Assembly (NCBI GenBank): GCA_964057225.1
Contig: OZ059900.1
Span: forward strand, 22,754,001 to 22,818,000
DNA: 64,000 nt
Direction: 5' to 3'
Source of the DNA: Auanema rhodensis
Lineage: Eukaryota > Animalia > Nematoda
Under the pieces are notes generated by a model, which saw nothing but the letters and a program-made list of their open reading frames with translations, was not told where the DNA came from and searched no databases. This document shows, piece by piece, positions 38,972-52,645 of this stretch (positions are counted from its first letter, which is position 1; the number at the start of each line of letters is the position of its first letter). The position numbers and the translations under genes are program-made.

Positions 38972-41900
38972 ATGAAACCTAGCTCAAAATTGTTTGTACA
39001 ACGTCTAGTTCCACTTTCACGACAAAAAAACAGGGGTTAGAAAATTAAGGAAATTAGCATATTCTGAGGGCACGCCCCTAATGGCTAATATTGATTAAAT
39101 CGATTTTTGTTCATATGAGTCGTCAAATGCAACGAATTTCAGCGTGTTACATACTAAAATGAAGCATTTCACATGCTGAACACTAGAAAAATACAAAAAC
39201 ACAGTTTTTCCCATGAGAAATATTTTATTATGCTGGAAAACCAGTTTTTGGAAATTTCGCTGTAAACAAGGTTTTGACTTACGATTTCATGTGTTCAAAC
39301 TCTTGCAATGTCAATGAAACCTAGCTCAAAATTGTTTGTACAACGTCTAGTTCCACTTTCACGACAAAAAAACAGGGGTTAGAAAATTAAGAAAATTAGC
39401 ATATTCTGAGGGCACGCCCCTTATGGCTAATATTGATTAAATCGATTTTTGTTCATATGAGTCGTCAAATGCAACGAATTTCAGCGTGTTACATACTAAA
39501 ATGAAGCATTTTACATGCTGAACACTAGAAAAATACCAAAACACAGTATTTCCCATGAGAAATATTTTATTATGCTGGAAAACCAGTTTTTGGAAATTTC
39601 GCTGTAAACAAGGTTTTGACTTACGATTTCATGTGTTCAAACTCATGCAATGTCAATGAAACCTAGCTCAAAATTGTTTGTACAACGTCTAGTTCCACTT
39701 TCACGACAAAAAAACAGGGGTTAGAAAATTAAGGAAATTAGCATATTCTGAGGGCACGCCCCTTATGGCTAATATTGATTAAATCGATTTTTGTTCATAT
39801 GAGTAGTCAAATGCAACGAATTTCAGCGTGTTACATACTTAAATGAAGCATTTTACATGCTGAACACTAGAAAAATACAAAAACACAGTATTTCTCATGA
39901 GAAATATTTTATTATGCTGGAAAACCAGTTTTTGGAAATTTCGCTGTAAACAAGGTTTTGACTTACGATTTCATGTGTTCAAACTCTTGCAATGTCAATG
40001 AAACCTAGCTCAAAATTGTTCGTACAACGTCTAGTTCCACTTTCACGACAAAAAACAGGGGTTAGAAAATTTAGGAAATTAGCATATTCTGAGGGCACGC
40101 CCCTTATGGCTAATATTGATTAAATCGATTTTTGTTCATATGAGTCGTCAAATGCAACGAATTTCAGCGTGTTACATACTAAAATGAAGCATTTTACATG
40201 CTGAACACTAGAAAAATACAAAAACACAGTATTTCCCATGAGAAATATTTTATTATGCTGGAAAACCAGTTTTTGGAAATTTCGCTGTAAACAAGGTTTT
40301 GACTTACGATTTCATGTGTTCAAACTCATGCAATGTCAATGAAACCTAGCTCAAAATTGTTTGTACAACGTCTAGTTCCACTTTCACGACAAAAAAACAG
40401 GGGTTAGAAAATTAAGGAAATTAGCATATTCTGAGGGCACGCCCCTAATGGCTAATATTGATTAAATCGATTTTTGTTCATATGAGTCGTCAAATGCAAC
40501 GAATTTCAGCGTGTTACATACTAAAATGAAGCATTTCACATGCTGAACACTAGAAAAATACAAAAACACAGTTTTTCCCATGAGAAATATTTTATTATGC
40601 TGGAAAACCAGTTTTTGGAAATTTCGCTGTAAACAAGGTTTTGACTTACGATTTCATGTGTTCAAACTCTTGCAATGTCAATGAAACCTAGCTCAAAATT
40701 GTTTGTACAACATCTAGTTCCACTTTCACGACAAAAAAACAGGGGTTAGAAAATTAAGGAAATTAGCATATTCTGAGGGCACGCCCCTTATGGCTAATAT
40801 TGATTAAATCGATTTTTGTTCATATGAGTCGTCAAATGCAACGAATTTCAGCGTGTTACATACTAAAATGAAGCATTTTACATGCTGAACACTAGAAAAA
40901 TACAAAAACACAGTTTTTCCCATGAGAAATATTTTATTATGCTGGAAAACCAGTTTTTGGAAATTTCGCTGTAAACAAGGTTTTGACTTACGATTTCATG
41001 TGTTCAAACTCTTGCAATGTCAATGAAACCTAGCTCAAAATTGTTCGTACAACGTCTAGTTCCACTTTCACGACAAAAAAACAGGGGTTAGAAAATTAAG
41101 GAAATTAGCATATTCTGAGGGCACGCCCCTTATGGCTAATATTGATTAAATCGATTTTTGTTCATATGAGTCGTCAAATGCAACGAATTTCAGCGTGTTA
41201 CATACTAAAATGAAGCATTTTACATGCTGAACACTAGAAAAATACAAAAACACAGTATTTCCCATGAGAAATATTTTATTATGCTGGAAAACCAGTTTTT
41301 GGAAATTTCGCTGTAAACAAGGTTTTGACTTACGATTTCATGTGTTCAAACTCATGCAATGTCAATGAAACCTAGCTCAAAATTGTTTGTACAACGTCTA
41401 GTTCCACTTTCACGACAAAAAAACAGGGGTTAGAAAATTAAGGAAATTAGCATATTCTGAGGGCACGCCCCTTATGGCTAATATTGATTAAATCGATTTT
41501 TGTTCATATGAGTCGTAAAATGCAACGAATTTCAGCGTGTTACATACTAAAATGAAGCATTTTACATGCTGAACACTAGAAAAATACAAAAACACAGTAT
41601 TTCTCATGAGAAATATTTTATTATGCTGGTAAACCAGTTTTTGGAAATTTCGCTGTAAACAAGGTTTTGACTTACGATTTCATGTGTTCAAACTCATGCA
41701 ATGTCAATGAAACCTAGCTCAAAATTGTTTGTACAACGTCTAGTTCCACTTTCACGACAAAAAAACAGGGGTTAGAAAATTAAGGAAATTAGCATATTCT
41801 GAGGGCACGCCCCTTATGGCTAATATTGATTAAATCGATTTTTGTTCATATGAGTAGTCAAATGCAACGAATTTCAGCGTGTTACATACTAAAATGAAGC

Positions 41901-44900
41901 ATTTTACATGCTGAACACTAGAAAAATACAAAAACACAGTATTTCCCATGAGAAATATTTTATTATGCTGGAAAACCAGTTTTTGGAAATTTCGCTGTAA
42001 ACAAGGTTTTGACTTACGATTTCATGTGTTCAAACTCATGCAATGTCAATGAAACCTAGCTCAAAATTGTTCCTACAACGTCTAGTTCCACTTTCACGAC
42101 AAAAAACAGGGGTTAGAAAATTAAGGAAATTAGCATATTCTGAGGGCACGCCCCTTATGGCTAATATTGATTAAATCGATTTTTGTTCATATGAGTCGTC
42201 AAATGCAACGAATTTCAGCGTGTTACATACTAAAATGAAGCATTTTACATGCTGAACACTAGAAAAATACAAAAACACAGTATTTCCCATGAGAAATATT
42301 TTATTATGCTGGAAAACCAGTTTTTGGAAATTTCGCTGTAAACAAGGTTTTGACTTACGATTTCATGTGTTCAAACTCATGCAATGTCAATGAAACCTAG
42401 CTCAAAATTGTTTGTACAACGTCTAGTTCCACTTTCACGACAAAAAAACAGGGGTTAGAAAATTAAGGAAATTAGCATATTCTGAGGGCACGCCCCTTAT
42501 GGCTAATATTGATTAAATCGATTTTTGTTCATATGAGTCGTCAAATGCAACGAATTTCAGCGTGTTACATACTAAAATGAAGCATTTTACATGCTGAACA
42601 CTAGAAAAATACAAAAACACAGTATTTCTCATGAGAAATATTTTATTATGCTGGAAAACCAGTTTTTGGAAATTTCGCTGTAAACAAGGTTTTGACTTAC
42701 GATTTCATGTGTTCAAACTCATGCAATGTCAATGAAACCTAGCTCAAAATTGTTTGTACAACGTCTAGTTCCACTTTCACGACAAAAAAACAGGGGTTAG
42801 AAAGTTTAGGAAATTAGCATATTCTGAGGGCACGCCCCTTATGGCTAATATTGATTAAATCGATTTTTGTTCATATGAGTCGTCAAATGCAACGAATTTC
42901 AGCGTGTTACATACTAAAATGAAATATTTTACATGCTGAACACTAAAAAAATACAAAAACACAGTTTTTCCCATGAGAAATATTTTATTATGCTGGAAAA
43001 CCAGTTTTTGGAAATTTCGCTGTAAACAAGGTTTTGACTTACGATTTCATGTGTTCAAACTCTTGCAATGTCAATGAAACCTAGCTCAAAATTGTTCGTA
43101 CAACGTCTAGTTCCACTTTCACGACAAAAAAACAGGGGTTAGAAAGTTTAGGAAATTAGCATATTCTGAGGGCACGCCCCTTATGGCTAATATTGATTAA
43201 ATCGATTTTTGTTCATATGAGTCGTCAAATGCAACGAATTTCAGCGTGTTACATACTAAAATGAATTATTTTACATGCTGAACACTAGAAAAATACAAAA
43301 ACACAGTATTTCCCATGAGAAAAATTTTATTATGCTGGAAAACCAGTTTTTGGAAATTTCGCTGTAAACAAGGTTTTGACTTACGATTTCATGTGTTCAA
43401 ACTCATGCAATGTCAATGAAACCTAGCTCAAAATTGTTTGTACAACGTCTAGTTCCACTTTCACGACAAAAAAACAGGGGTTAGAAAATTAAGGAAATTA
43501 GCATATTCTGAGGGCACGCCCCTTATGGCTAATATTGATTAAATCGATTTTTGTTCATATGAGTCGTCAAATGCAACGAATTTCAGCGTGTTACAAACTA
43601 AAATGAAGCATTTTACATGCTGAACACTAGAAAAATACAAAAACACAGTATTTCCCATGAGAAATATTTTATTATGCTTGAAAACCAGTTTTTGGAAATT
43701 TCGCTGTAAACAAGGTTTTGACTTACGATTTCATATGTTCAAACTCATGCAATGTCAATGAAACCTAGCTCAAAATTGTTTGTACAACGTCTAGTTCCAC
43801 TTTCACGACAAAAAAACAGGGGTTAGAAAGTTTGGGAAATTAGCATATTCTGAGGGCACGCCCCTTATGGCTAATATTGATTAAATCGATTTTTGTTCAT
43901 ATGAGTCGTCAACTGCAACGAATTTCAGCGTGTTACATACTAAAATGAAGCATTTTACATGCTGAACACTAAAAAATACAAAAACACAGTTTTTCCCATG
44001 AGAAATATTTTATTATGCTGGAAAACCAGTTTTTGGAAATTTCGCTGTAAACAAGGTTTTGACATACGATTTCATGTGTTCAAACTCATGCAATGTCAAT
44101 GAAACCTAGCTCAAAATTGTTCGTACAACGTCTAGTTCCACTTTCACGACAAAAAAACAGGGGTTAGAAAATTAAGGAAATTAGCATATTCTGAGGGCAC
44201 GCCCCTTATGGCTAATATTGATTAAATCGATTTTTGTTCATATGAGTCGTCAAATGCAACGAATTTCAGCGTGTTACATACTAAAATGAAGCATTTTACA
44301 TGCTGAACACTAGAAAAATACAAAAACACAGTATTTCTCATGAGAAATATTTTATTATGCTGGAAAACCAGTTTTTGGAAATTTCGCTGTAAACAAGGTT
44401 TTGACTTACGATTTCATGTGTTCAAACTCATGCAATGTCAATGAAACCTAGCTCAAAATTGTTTGTACAACGTCTAGTTCCACTTTCACGACAAAAAAAC
44501 AGGGGTTAGAAAATTAAGGAAATTAGCATATTCTGAGGGCACGCCCCTTATGGCTAATATTGATTAAATCGATTTTTGTTCATATGAGTAGTCAAATGCA
44601 ACGAATTTCAGCGTGTTACATACTAAAATGAAGCATTTTACATGCTGAACACTAGAAAAATACAAAAACACAGTATTTCCCATGAGAAATATTTTATTAT
44701 GCTGGAAAACCAGTTTTTGGAAATTTCGCTGTAAACAAGGTTTTGACTTACGATTTCATATGTTCAAACTCATGCAATGTCAATGAAACCTAGCTCAAAA
44801 TTGTTTGTACAACGTCTAGTTCCACTTTCACGACAAAAAAACAGGGGTTAGAAAATTAAGGAAATTAGCATATTCTGAGGGCACGCCCCTTATGGCTAAT

Positions 44901-46834
44901 ATTGATTAAATCGATTTTTGTTCATATGAGTCGTCAAATGCAACGAATTTCAGCGTGTTACATACTAAAATGAAATATTTTACATGCTGAACACTAAAAA
45001 AATACAAAAACACAGTTTTTCCCATGAGAAATATTTTATTATGCTGGAAAACCAGTTTTTGGAAATTTCGCTGTAAACAAGGTTTTGACTTACGATTTCA
45101 TGTGTTCAAACTCTTGCAATGTCAATGAAACCTAGCTCAAAATTGTTCGTACAACGTCTAGTTCCACTTTCACGACAAAAAAACAGGGGTTAGAAAGTTT
45201 AGGAAATTAGCATATTCTGAGGGCACGCCCCTTATGGCTAATATTGATTAAATCGATTTTTGTTCATATGAGTCGTCAAATGCAACGAATTTCAGCGTGT
45301 TACATACTAAAATGAATTATTTTACATGCTGAACACTAGAAAAATACAAAAACACAGTATTTCCCATGAGAAAAATTTTATTATGCTGGAAAACCAGTTT
45401 TTGGAAATTTCGCTGTAAACAAGGTTTTGACATACGATTTCATGTGTTCAAACTCATGCAATGTCAATGAAACCTAGCTCAAAATTGTTCGTACAACGTC
45501 TAGTTCCACTTTCACGACAAAAAAACAGGGGTTAGAAAATTAAGGAAATTAGCATATTCTGAGGGCACGCCCCTTATGGCTAATATTGATTAAATCGATT
45601 TTTGTTCATATGAGTAGTCAAATGCAACGAATTTCAGCGTGTTACATACTAAAATGAAGCATTTTACATGCTGAACACTAAAAAAATACAAAAACACAGT
45701 TTTTCCCATGAGAAATATTTTATTATGCTGGAAAACCAGTTTTTGGAAATTTCGCTGTAAACAAGGTTTTGACTTACGATTTCATGTGTTCAAACTCATG
45801 CAATGTCAATGAAACCTAGCTCAAAATTGTTCGTACAACGTCTAGTTCCACTTTCACGACAAAAAAACAGGGGTTAGAAAATTTAGGAAATTAGCATATT
45901 CTGAGGGCACGCCCCTTATGGCTAATATTGATTAAATCGATTTTTGTTCATATGAGTCGTCAAATGCAACGAATTTCAGCGTGTTACATACTAAAATGAA
46001 ATATTTTACATGCTGAACACTAAAAAAATACAAAAACACAGTTTTTCCCATGAGAAATATTTTATTATGCTGGAAAACCAGTTTTTGGAAATTTCGCTGT
46101 AAACAAGGTTTTGACTTACGATTTCATGTGTTCAAACTCATGCAATGTCAATGAAACCTAGCTCAAAATTGTTTGTACAACGTCTAGTTCCACTTTCACG
46201 ACAAAAAAACAGGGGTTAGAAAATTTAGGAAATTAGCATATTCTGAGGGCACGCCCCTTATGGCTAATATTGATTAAATCGATTTTTGTTCATATGAGTC
46301 GTCAAATGCAACGAATTTCAGCGTGTTACATACTAAAATGAAGTATTTTACATGCTGAACACTAGAAAAATACAAAAACACAGTATTTCCCATGAGAAAT
46401 ATTTTATTATGCTGGAAAACCAGTTTTTGGAAATTTCGCTGTAAACAAGGTTTTGACTTACGATTTCATATGTTCAAACTCATGCAATGTCAATGAAACC
46501 TAGCTCAAAATTGTTTGTACAACGTCTAGTTCCACTTTCACGACAAAAAAACAGGGGTTAGAAAATTAAGGAAATTAGCATATTCTGAGGGCACACCCCT
46601 TATGGCTAATATTGATTAAATCGATTTTTGTTCATATGAGTCGTCAAATGCAACGAATTTCAGCGTGTTACATACTAAAATGAAGTATTTTACATGCTGA
46701 ACACTAGAAAAATACAAAAACACAGTATTTCCCATGAGAAATATTTTATTATGCTGGAAAACCAGTTTTTGGAAATTTCGCTGTAAACAAGGTTTTGACT
46801 TACGATTTCATATGTTCAAACTCATGCAATGTCA

Positions 46835-49800
46835 ATGAAACCTAGCTCAAAATTGTTTGTACAACGTCTAGTTCCACTTTCACGACAAAAAAACAGGGGT
46901 TAAAAAATTAAGGAAATTAGCATATTCTGAGGGCACGCCCCTTATGGCTAATATTGATTAAATCGATTTTTGTTCATATGAGTCGTCAAATGCAACGAAT
47001 TTCAGCGTGTTACATACTAAAATGAAGTATTTTACATGCTGAACACTAGAAAAATACAAAAACACAGTATTTCCCATGAGAAATATTTTATTATGCTGGA
47101 AAACCAGTTTTTGGAAATTTCGCTGTAAACAAGGTTTTGACTTACGATTTCATATGTTCAAACTCATGCAATGTCAATGAAACCTAGCTCAAAATTGTTT
47201 GTACAACGTCTAGTTCCACTTTCACGACAAAAAAACAGGGGTTAGAAAATTAAGGAAATTAGCATATTCTGAGGGCACGCCCCTTATGGCTAATATTGAT
47301 TAAATCGATTTTTGTTCATATGAGTCGTCAAATGCAACGAATTTCAGCGTGTTACATACTAAAATGAAGCATTTTACATGCTGAACACTAGAAAAATACA
47401 AAAACACAGTTTTTCCCATGAGAAATATTTTATTATGCTGGAAAACCAGTTTTTGGAAATTTCGCTGTAAACAAGGTTTTGACTTACGATTTCATGTGTT
47501 CAAACTCTTGCAATGTCAATGAAACCTAGCTCAAAATTGTTCGTACAACGTCTAGTTCCACTTTCACGACAAAAAAACAGGGGTTAGAAAATTTAGGAAA
47601 TTAGCATATTCTGAGGGCACGCCCCTTATGGCTAATATTGATTAAATCGATTTTTGTTCATATGAGTCGTCAAATGCAACGAATTTCAGCGTGTTACATA
47701 CTAAAATGAAGTATTTTACATGCTGAACACTAGAAAAATACAAAAACACAGTATTTCCCATGAGAAATATTTTATTATGCTGGAAAACCAGTTTTTGGAA
47801 ATTTCGCTGTAAACAAGGTTTTGACTTACGATTTCATGTGTTCAAACTCATGCAATGTCAATGAAACCTAGCTCAAAATTGTTCCTACAACGTCTAGTTC
47901 CACTTTCACGACAAAAAACAGGGGTTAGAAATATAAGGAAATTAGCATATTCTGAGGGCACGCCCCTTATGGCTAATATTGATTAAATCGATTTTTGTTC
48001 ATATGAGTCGTCAAATGCAACGAATTTCAGCGTGTTACATACTGAAATGAAGCATTTTACATGCTGAACACTAGAAAAATACAAAAACACAGTATTTCTC
48101 ATGAGAAATATTTTATTATGCTGGAAAACCAGTTTTTGGAAATTTCGCTGTAAACAAGGTTTTGACTTACGATTTCATGTGTTCAAACTCATGCAATGTC
48201 AATGAAACCTAGCTCAAAATTGTTTGTACAACGTTTAGTTCCACTTTCACGACAAAAAAACAGGGGTTAGAAAATTAAGGAAATTAGCATATTCTGAGGG
48301 CACGCCCCTTATGGCTAATATTGATTAAATCGATTTTTGTTCATATGAGTAGTCAAATGCAACGAATTTCAGCGTGTTACATACTAAAATGAAGCATTTT
48401 ACATGCTGAACACTAGAAAAATACAAAAACACAGTATTTCCCATGAGAAATATTTTATTATGCTGGAAAACCAGTTTTTGGAAATTTCGCTGTAAACAAG
48501 GTTTTGACTTACGATTTCATATGTTCAAACTCATGCAATGTCAATGAAACCTAGCTCAAAATTGTTTGTACAACGTCTAGTTCCACTTTCACGACAAAAA
48601 AACAGGGGTTAGAAAATTAAGGAAATTAGCATATTCTGAGGGCACGCCCCTTATGGCTAATATTGATTAAATCGATTTTTGTTCATATGAGTCGTCAAAT
48701 GCAACGAATTTCAGCGTGTTACATACTAAAATGAAGTATTTTACATGCTGAACACTAGAAAAATACAAAAACACAGTATTTCCCATGAGAAATATTTTAT
48801 TATGCTGGAAAACCAGTTTTTGGAAATTTCGCTGTAAACAAGGTTTTGACTTACGATTTCATATGTTCAAACTCATGCAATGTCAATGAAACCTAGCTCA
48901 AAATTGTTTGTACAACGTCTAGTTCCACTTTCACGACAAAAAAACAGGGGTTAGAAAATTAAGGAAATTAGCATATTCTGAGGGCACGCCCCTTATGGCT
49001 AATATTGATTAAATCGATTTTTGTTCATATGAGTCGTCAAATGCAACGAATTTCAGCGTGTTACATACTAAAATGAAGCATTTTACATGCTGAACACTAG
49101 AAAAATACAAAAACACAGTTTTTCCCATGAGAAATATTTTATTATGCTGGAAAACCAGTTTTTGGAAATTTCGCTGTAAACAAGGTTTTGACTTACGATT
49201 TCATGTGTTCAAACTCTTGCAATGTCAATGAAACCTAGCTCAAAATTGTTCGTACAACGTCTAGTTCCACTTTCACGACAAAAAAACAGGGGTTAGAAAA
49301 TTTAGGAAATTAGCATATTCTGAGGGCACGCCCCTTATGGCTAATATTGATTAAATCGATTTTTGTTCATATGAGTCGTCAAATGCAACGAATTTCAGCG
49401 TGTTACATACTAAAATGAAGTATTTTACATGCTGAACACTAGAAAAATACAAAAACACAGTATTTCCCATGAGAAATATTTTATTATGCTGGAAAACCAG
49501 TTTTTGGAAATTTCGCTGTAAACAAGGTTTTGACTTACGATTTCATGTGTTCAAACTCATGCAATGTCAATGAAACCTAGCTCAAAATTGTTCCTACAAC
49601 GTCTAGTTCCACTTTCACGACAAAAAACAGGGGTTAGAAATATAAGGAAATTAGCATATTCTGAGGGCACGCCCCTTATGGCTAATATTGATTAAATCGA
49701 TTTTTGTTCATATGAGTCGTCAAATGCAACGAATTTCAGCGTGTTACATACTAAAATGAAGCATTTTACATGCTGAACACTAGAAAAATACAAAAACACA

Positions 49801-50252
49801 GTATTTCTCATGAGAAATATTTTATTATGCTGGAAAACCAGTTTTTGGAAATTTCGCTGTAAACAAGGTTTTGACTTACGATTTCATGTGTTCAAACTCA
49901 TGCAATGTCAATGAAACCTAGCTCAAAATTGTTTGTACAACGTTTAGTTCCACTTTCACGACAAAAAAACAGGGGTTAGAAAATTAAGGAAATTAGCATA
50001 TTCTGAGGGCACGCCCCTTATGGCTAATATTGATTAAATCGATTTTTGTTCATATGAGTAGTCAAATGCAACGAATTTCAGCGTGTTACATACTAAAATG
50101 AAGCATTTTACATGCTGAACACTAGAAAAATACAAAAACACAGTATTTCCCATGAGAAATATTTTATTATGCTGGAAAACCAGTTTTTGGAAATTTCGCT
50201 GTAAACAAGGTTTTGACTTACGATTTCATGTGTTCAAACTCATGCAATGTCA
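46835..50252. repeat. 5-mer HOR (1709 bp) x2
   Basis: AATATAAGG monomer at 47861 and 49570; CGTTTAG monomer at 48202 and 49911. Confidence 0.88.
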
Positions 50253-51278
50253 ATGAAACCTAGCTCAAAATTGTTCGTACAACGTCTAGTTCCACTTTCA
50301 CGACAAAAAAACAGGGGTTAGAAAATTAAGGAAATTAGCATATTCTGAGGGCACGCCCCTTATGGCTAATATTGATTAAATCGATTTTTGTTCATATGAG
50401 TCGTCAAATGCAACGAATTTCAGCGTGTTACATACTAAAATGAAGCATTTTACATGCTGAACACTAGAAAAATACAAAAACACAGTATTTCTCATGAGAA
50501 ATATTTTATTATGCTGGAAAACCAGTTTTTGGAAATTTCGCTGTAAACAAGGTTTTCACTTACGATTTCATGTGTTCAAACTCATGCAATGTCAATGAAA
50601 CCTAGCTCAAAATTTTTTGTACAACGTCTAGTTCCACTTTCACGACAAAAAAACAGGGGTTAGAAAATTAAGGAAATTAGCATATTTTGAGGGCACGCCC
50701 CTTATGGCTAATATTGATTAAATCGATTTTTGTTCATATGAGTAGTCAAATGCAACGAATTTCAGCGTGTTACATACTAAAATGAAGCATTTCACACGCT
50801 GAACACTAGAAAAATACAAAAACACAGTATTTCCCATGAGAAATATTTTATTATGCTGGAAAACCAGTTTTTGGAAATTTCGCTGTAAACAAGGTTTTGA
50901 CTTACGATTTCATGTGTTCAAACTCATGCAATGTCAATGAAACCTAGCTCAAAATTGTTTGTACAACGTCTAGTTCCACTTTCACGACAAAAAAACAGGG
51001 GTTAGAAAATTAAGGAAATTAGCATATTCTGAGGGCACGCCCCTTATGGCTAATATTGATTTAAACGATTTTTGTTCATATGAGTCGTCAAATGCAACGA
51101 ATTTCAGCGTGTTACATACTAAAATGAAGCATTTTACATGCTGAACACTAGAAAAATACGAAAACACAGTTTTTCCCATGAGAAATATTTTATTATGCTG
51201 GAAAACCAGTTTTTGGAAATTTCGCTGTAAACAAGGTTTTGACTTACGATTTCATGTGTTCAAACTCATGCAATGTCA

Positions 51279-52645
51279 ATGAAACCTAGCTCAAAATTGT
51301 TCGTACAACGTCTAGTTCCACTTTCACGACAAAAAAACAGGGGTTAGAAAATTTAGGAAATTAGCATATTCTGAGGGCACGCCCCTTATGGCTAATATTG
51401 ATTAAATCGATTTTTGTTCATATGAGTCGTCAAATGAAACGAATTTCAGCGTGTTACATACTAAAATGAAGTATTTTACATGCTGAACATTAGAAAAATA
51501 CAAAAACACAGTTTTTCCCATGAGAAATATTTTATTATGCTGGAAAACCAGTTTTTGGAAGTTTCGCTGTAAACAAGGTTTTGACTTACGATTTCATGTG
51601 TTCAAACTCATGCAATGTCAATGAAACCTAGCTCAAAATTGTTCCTACAACGTCTAGTTCCACTTTCACGACAAAAAACAGGGGTTAGAAAATTAAGGAA
51701 ATTAGCATATTCTGAGGGCACGCCCCTTATGGCTAATATTGATTAAATCGATTTTTGTTCATATGAGTCGTCAAATGCAACGAATTTCAGCGTGTTACAT
51801 ACTTAAATGAAGCATTTTACATGCTGAACACTAGAAAAATACAAAAACACAGTATTTCTCATGAGAAATATTTTATTATGCTGGAAAACCAGTTTTTGGA
51901 AATTTCGCTGTAAACAAGGTTTTCACTTACGATTTCATGTGTTCAAACTCATGCAATGTCAATGAAACCTAGCTCAAAATTTTTTGTACAACGTCTAGTT
52001 CCACTTTCACGACAAAAAAACAGGGGTTAGAAAATTAAGGAAATTAGCATATTCTGAGGGCACGCCCCTTATGGCTAATATTGATTAAATCGATTTTTGT
52101 TCATATGAGTAGTCAAATGCAACGAATTTCAGCGTGTTACATACTAAAATGAAGCATTTCACATGCTGAACACTAGAAAAATACAAAAACACAGTATTTC
52201 CCATGAGAAATATTTTATTATGCTGGAAAACCAGTTTTTGGAAATTTCGCTGTAAACAAGGTTTTGACTTACGATTTCATGTGTTCAAACTCATGCAATG
52301 TCAATGAAACCTAGCTCAAAATTGTTTGTACAACGTCTAGTTCCACTTTCACGACAAAAAAACAGGGGTTAGAAAATTAAGGAAATTAGCATATTCTGAG
52401 GGCACGCCCCTTATGGCTAATATTGATTTAAACGATTTTTGTTCATATGAGTCGTCAAATGCAACGAATTTCAGCGTGTTACATACTAAAATGAAGCATT
52501 TTCCATGCTGAACACTAGAAAAATACAAAAACACAGTATTTCTCATGAGAAATATTTTATTATGCTGGAAAACCAGTTTTTGGAATTTTCGCTGTAAACG
52601 AGGTTTTGACTTACGATTTCATGTGTTCAAACTCATGCAATGTCA
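51279..52645. repeat. 4-monomer block duplicated at 59816-61182 (offset 8537 bp)
   Basis: Same order in both: ATGAAACG+ACATTAG; CTTAAA+TTTTCAC; ATTTTTTG+GAGTAG; GATTTAAACG+AACGAGG. Confidence 0.82.
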
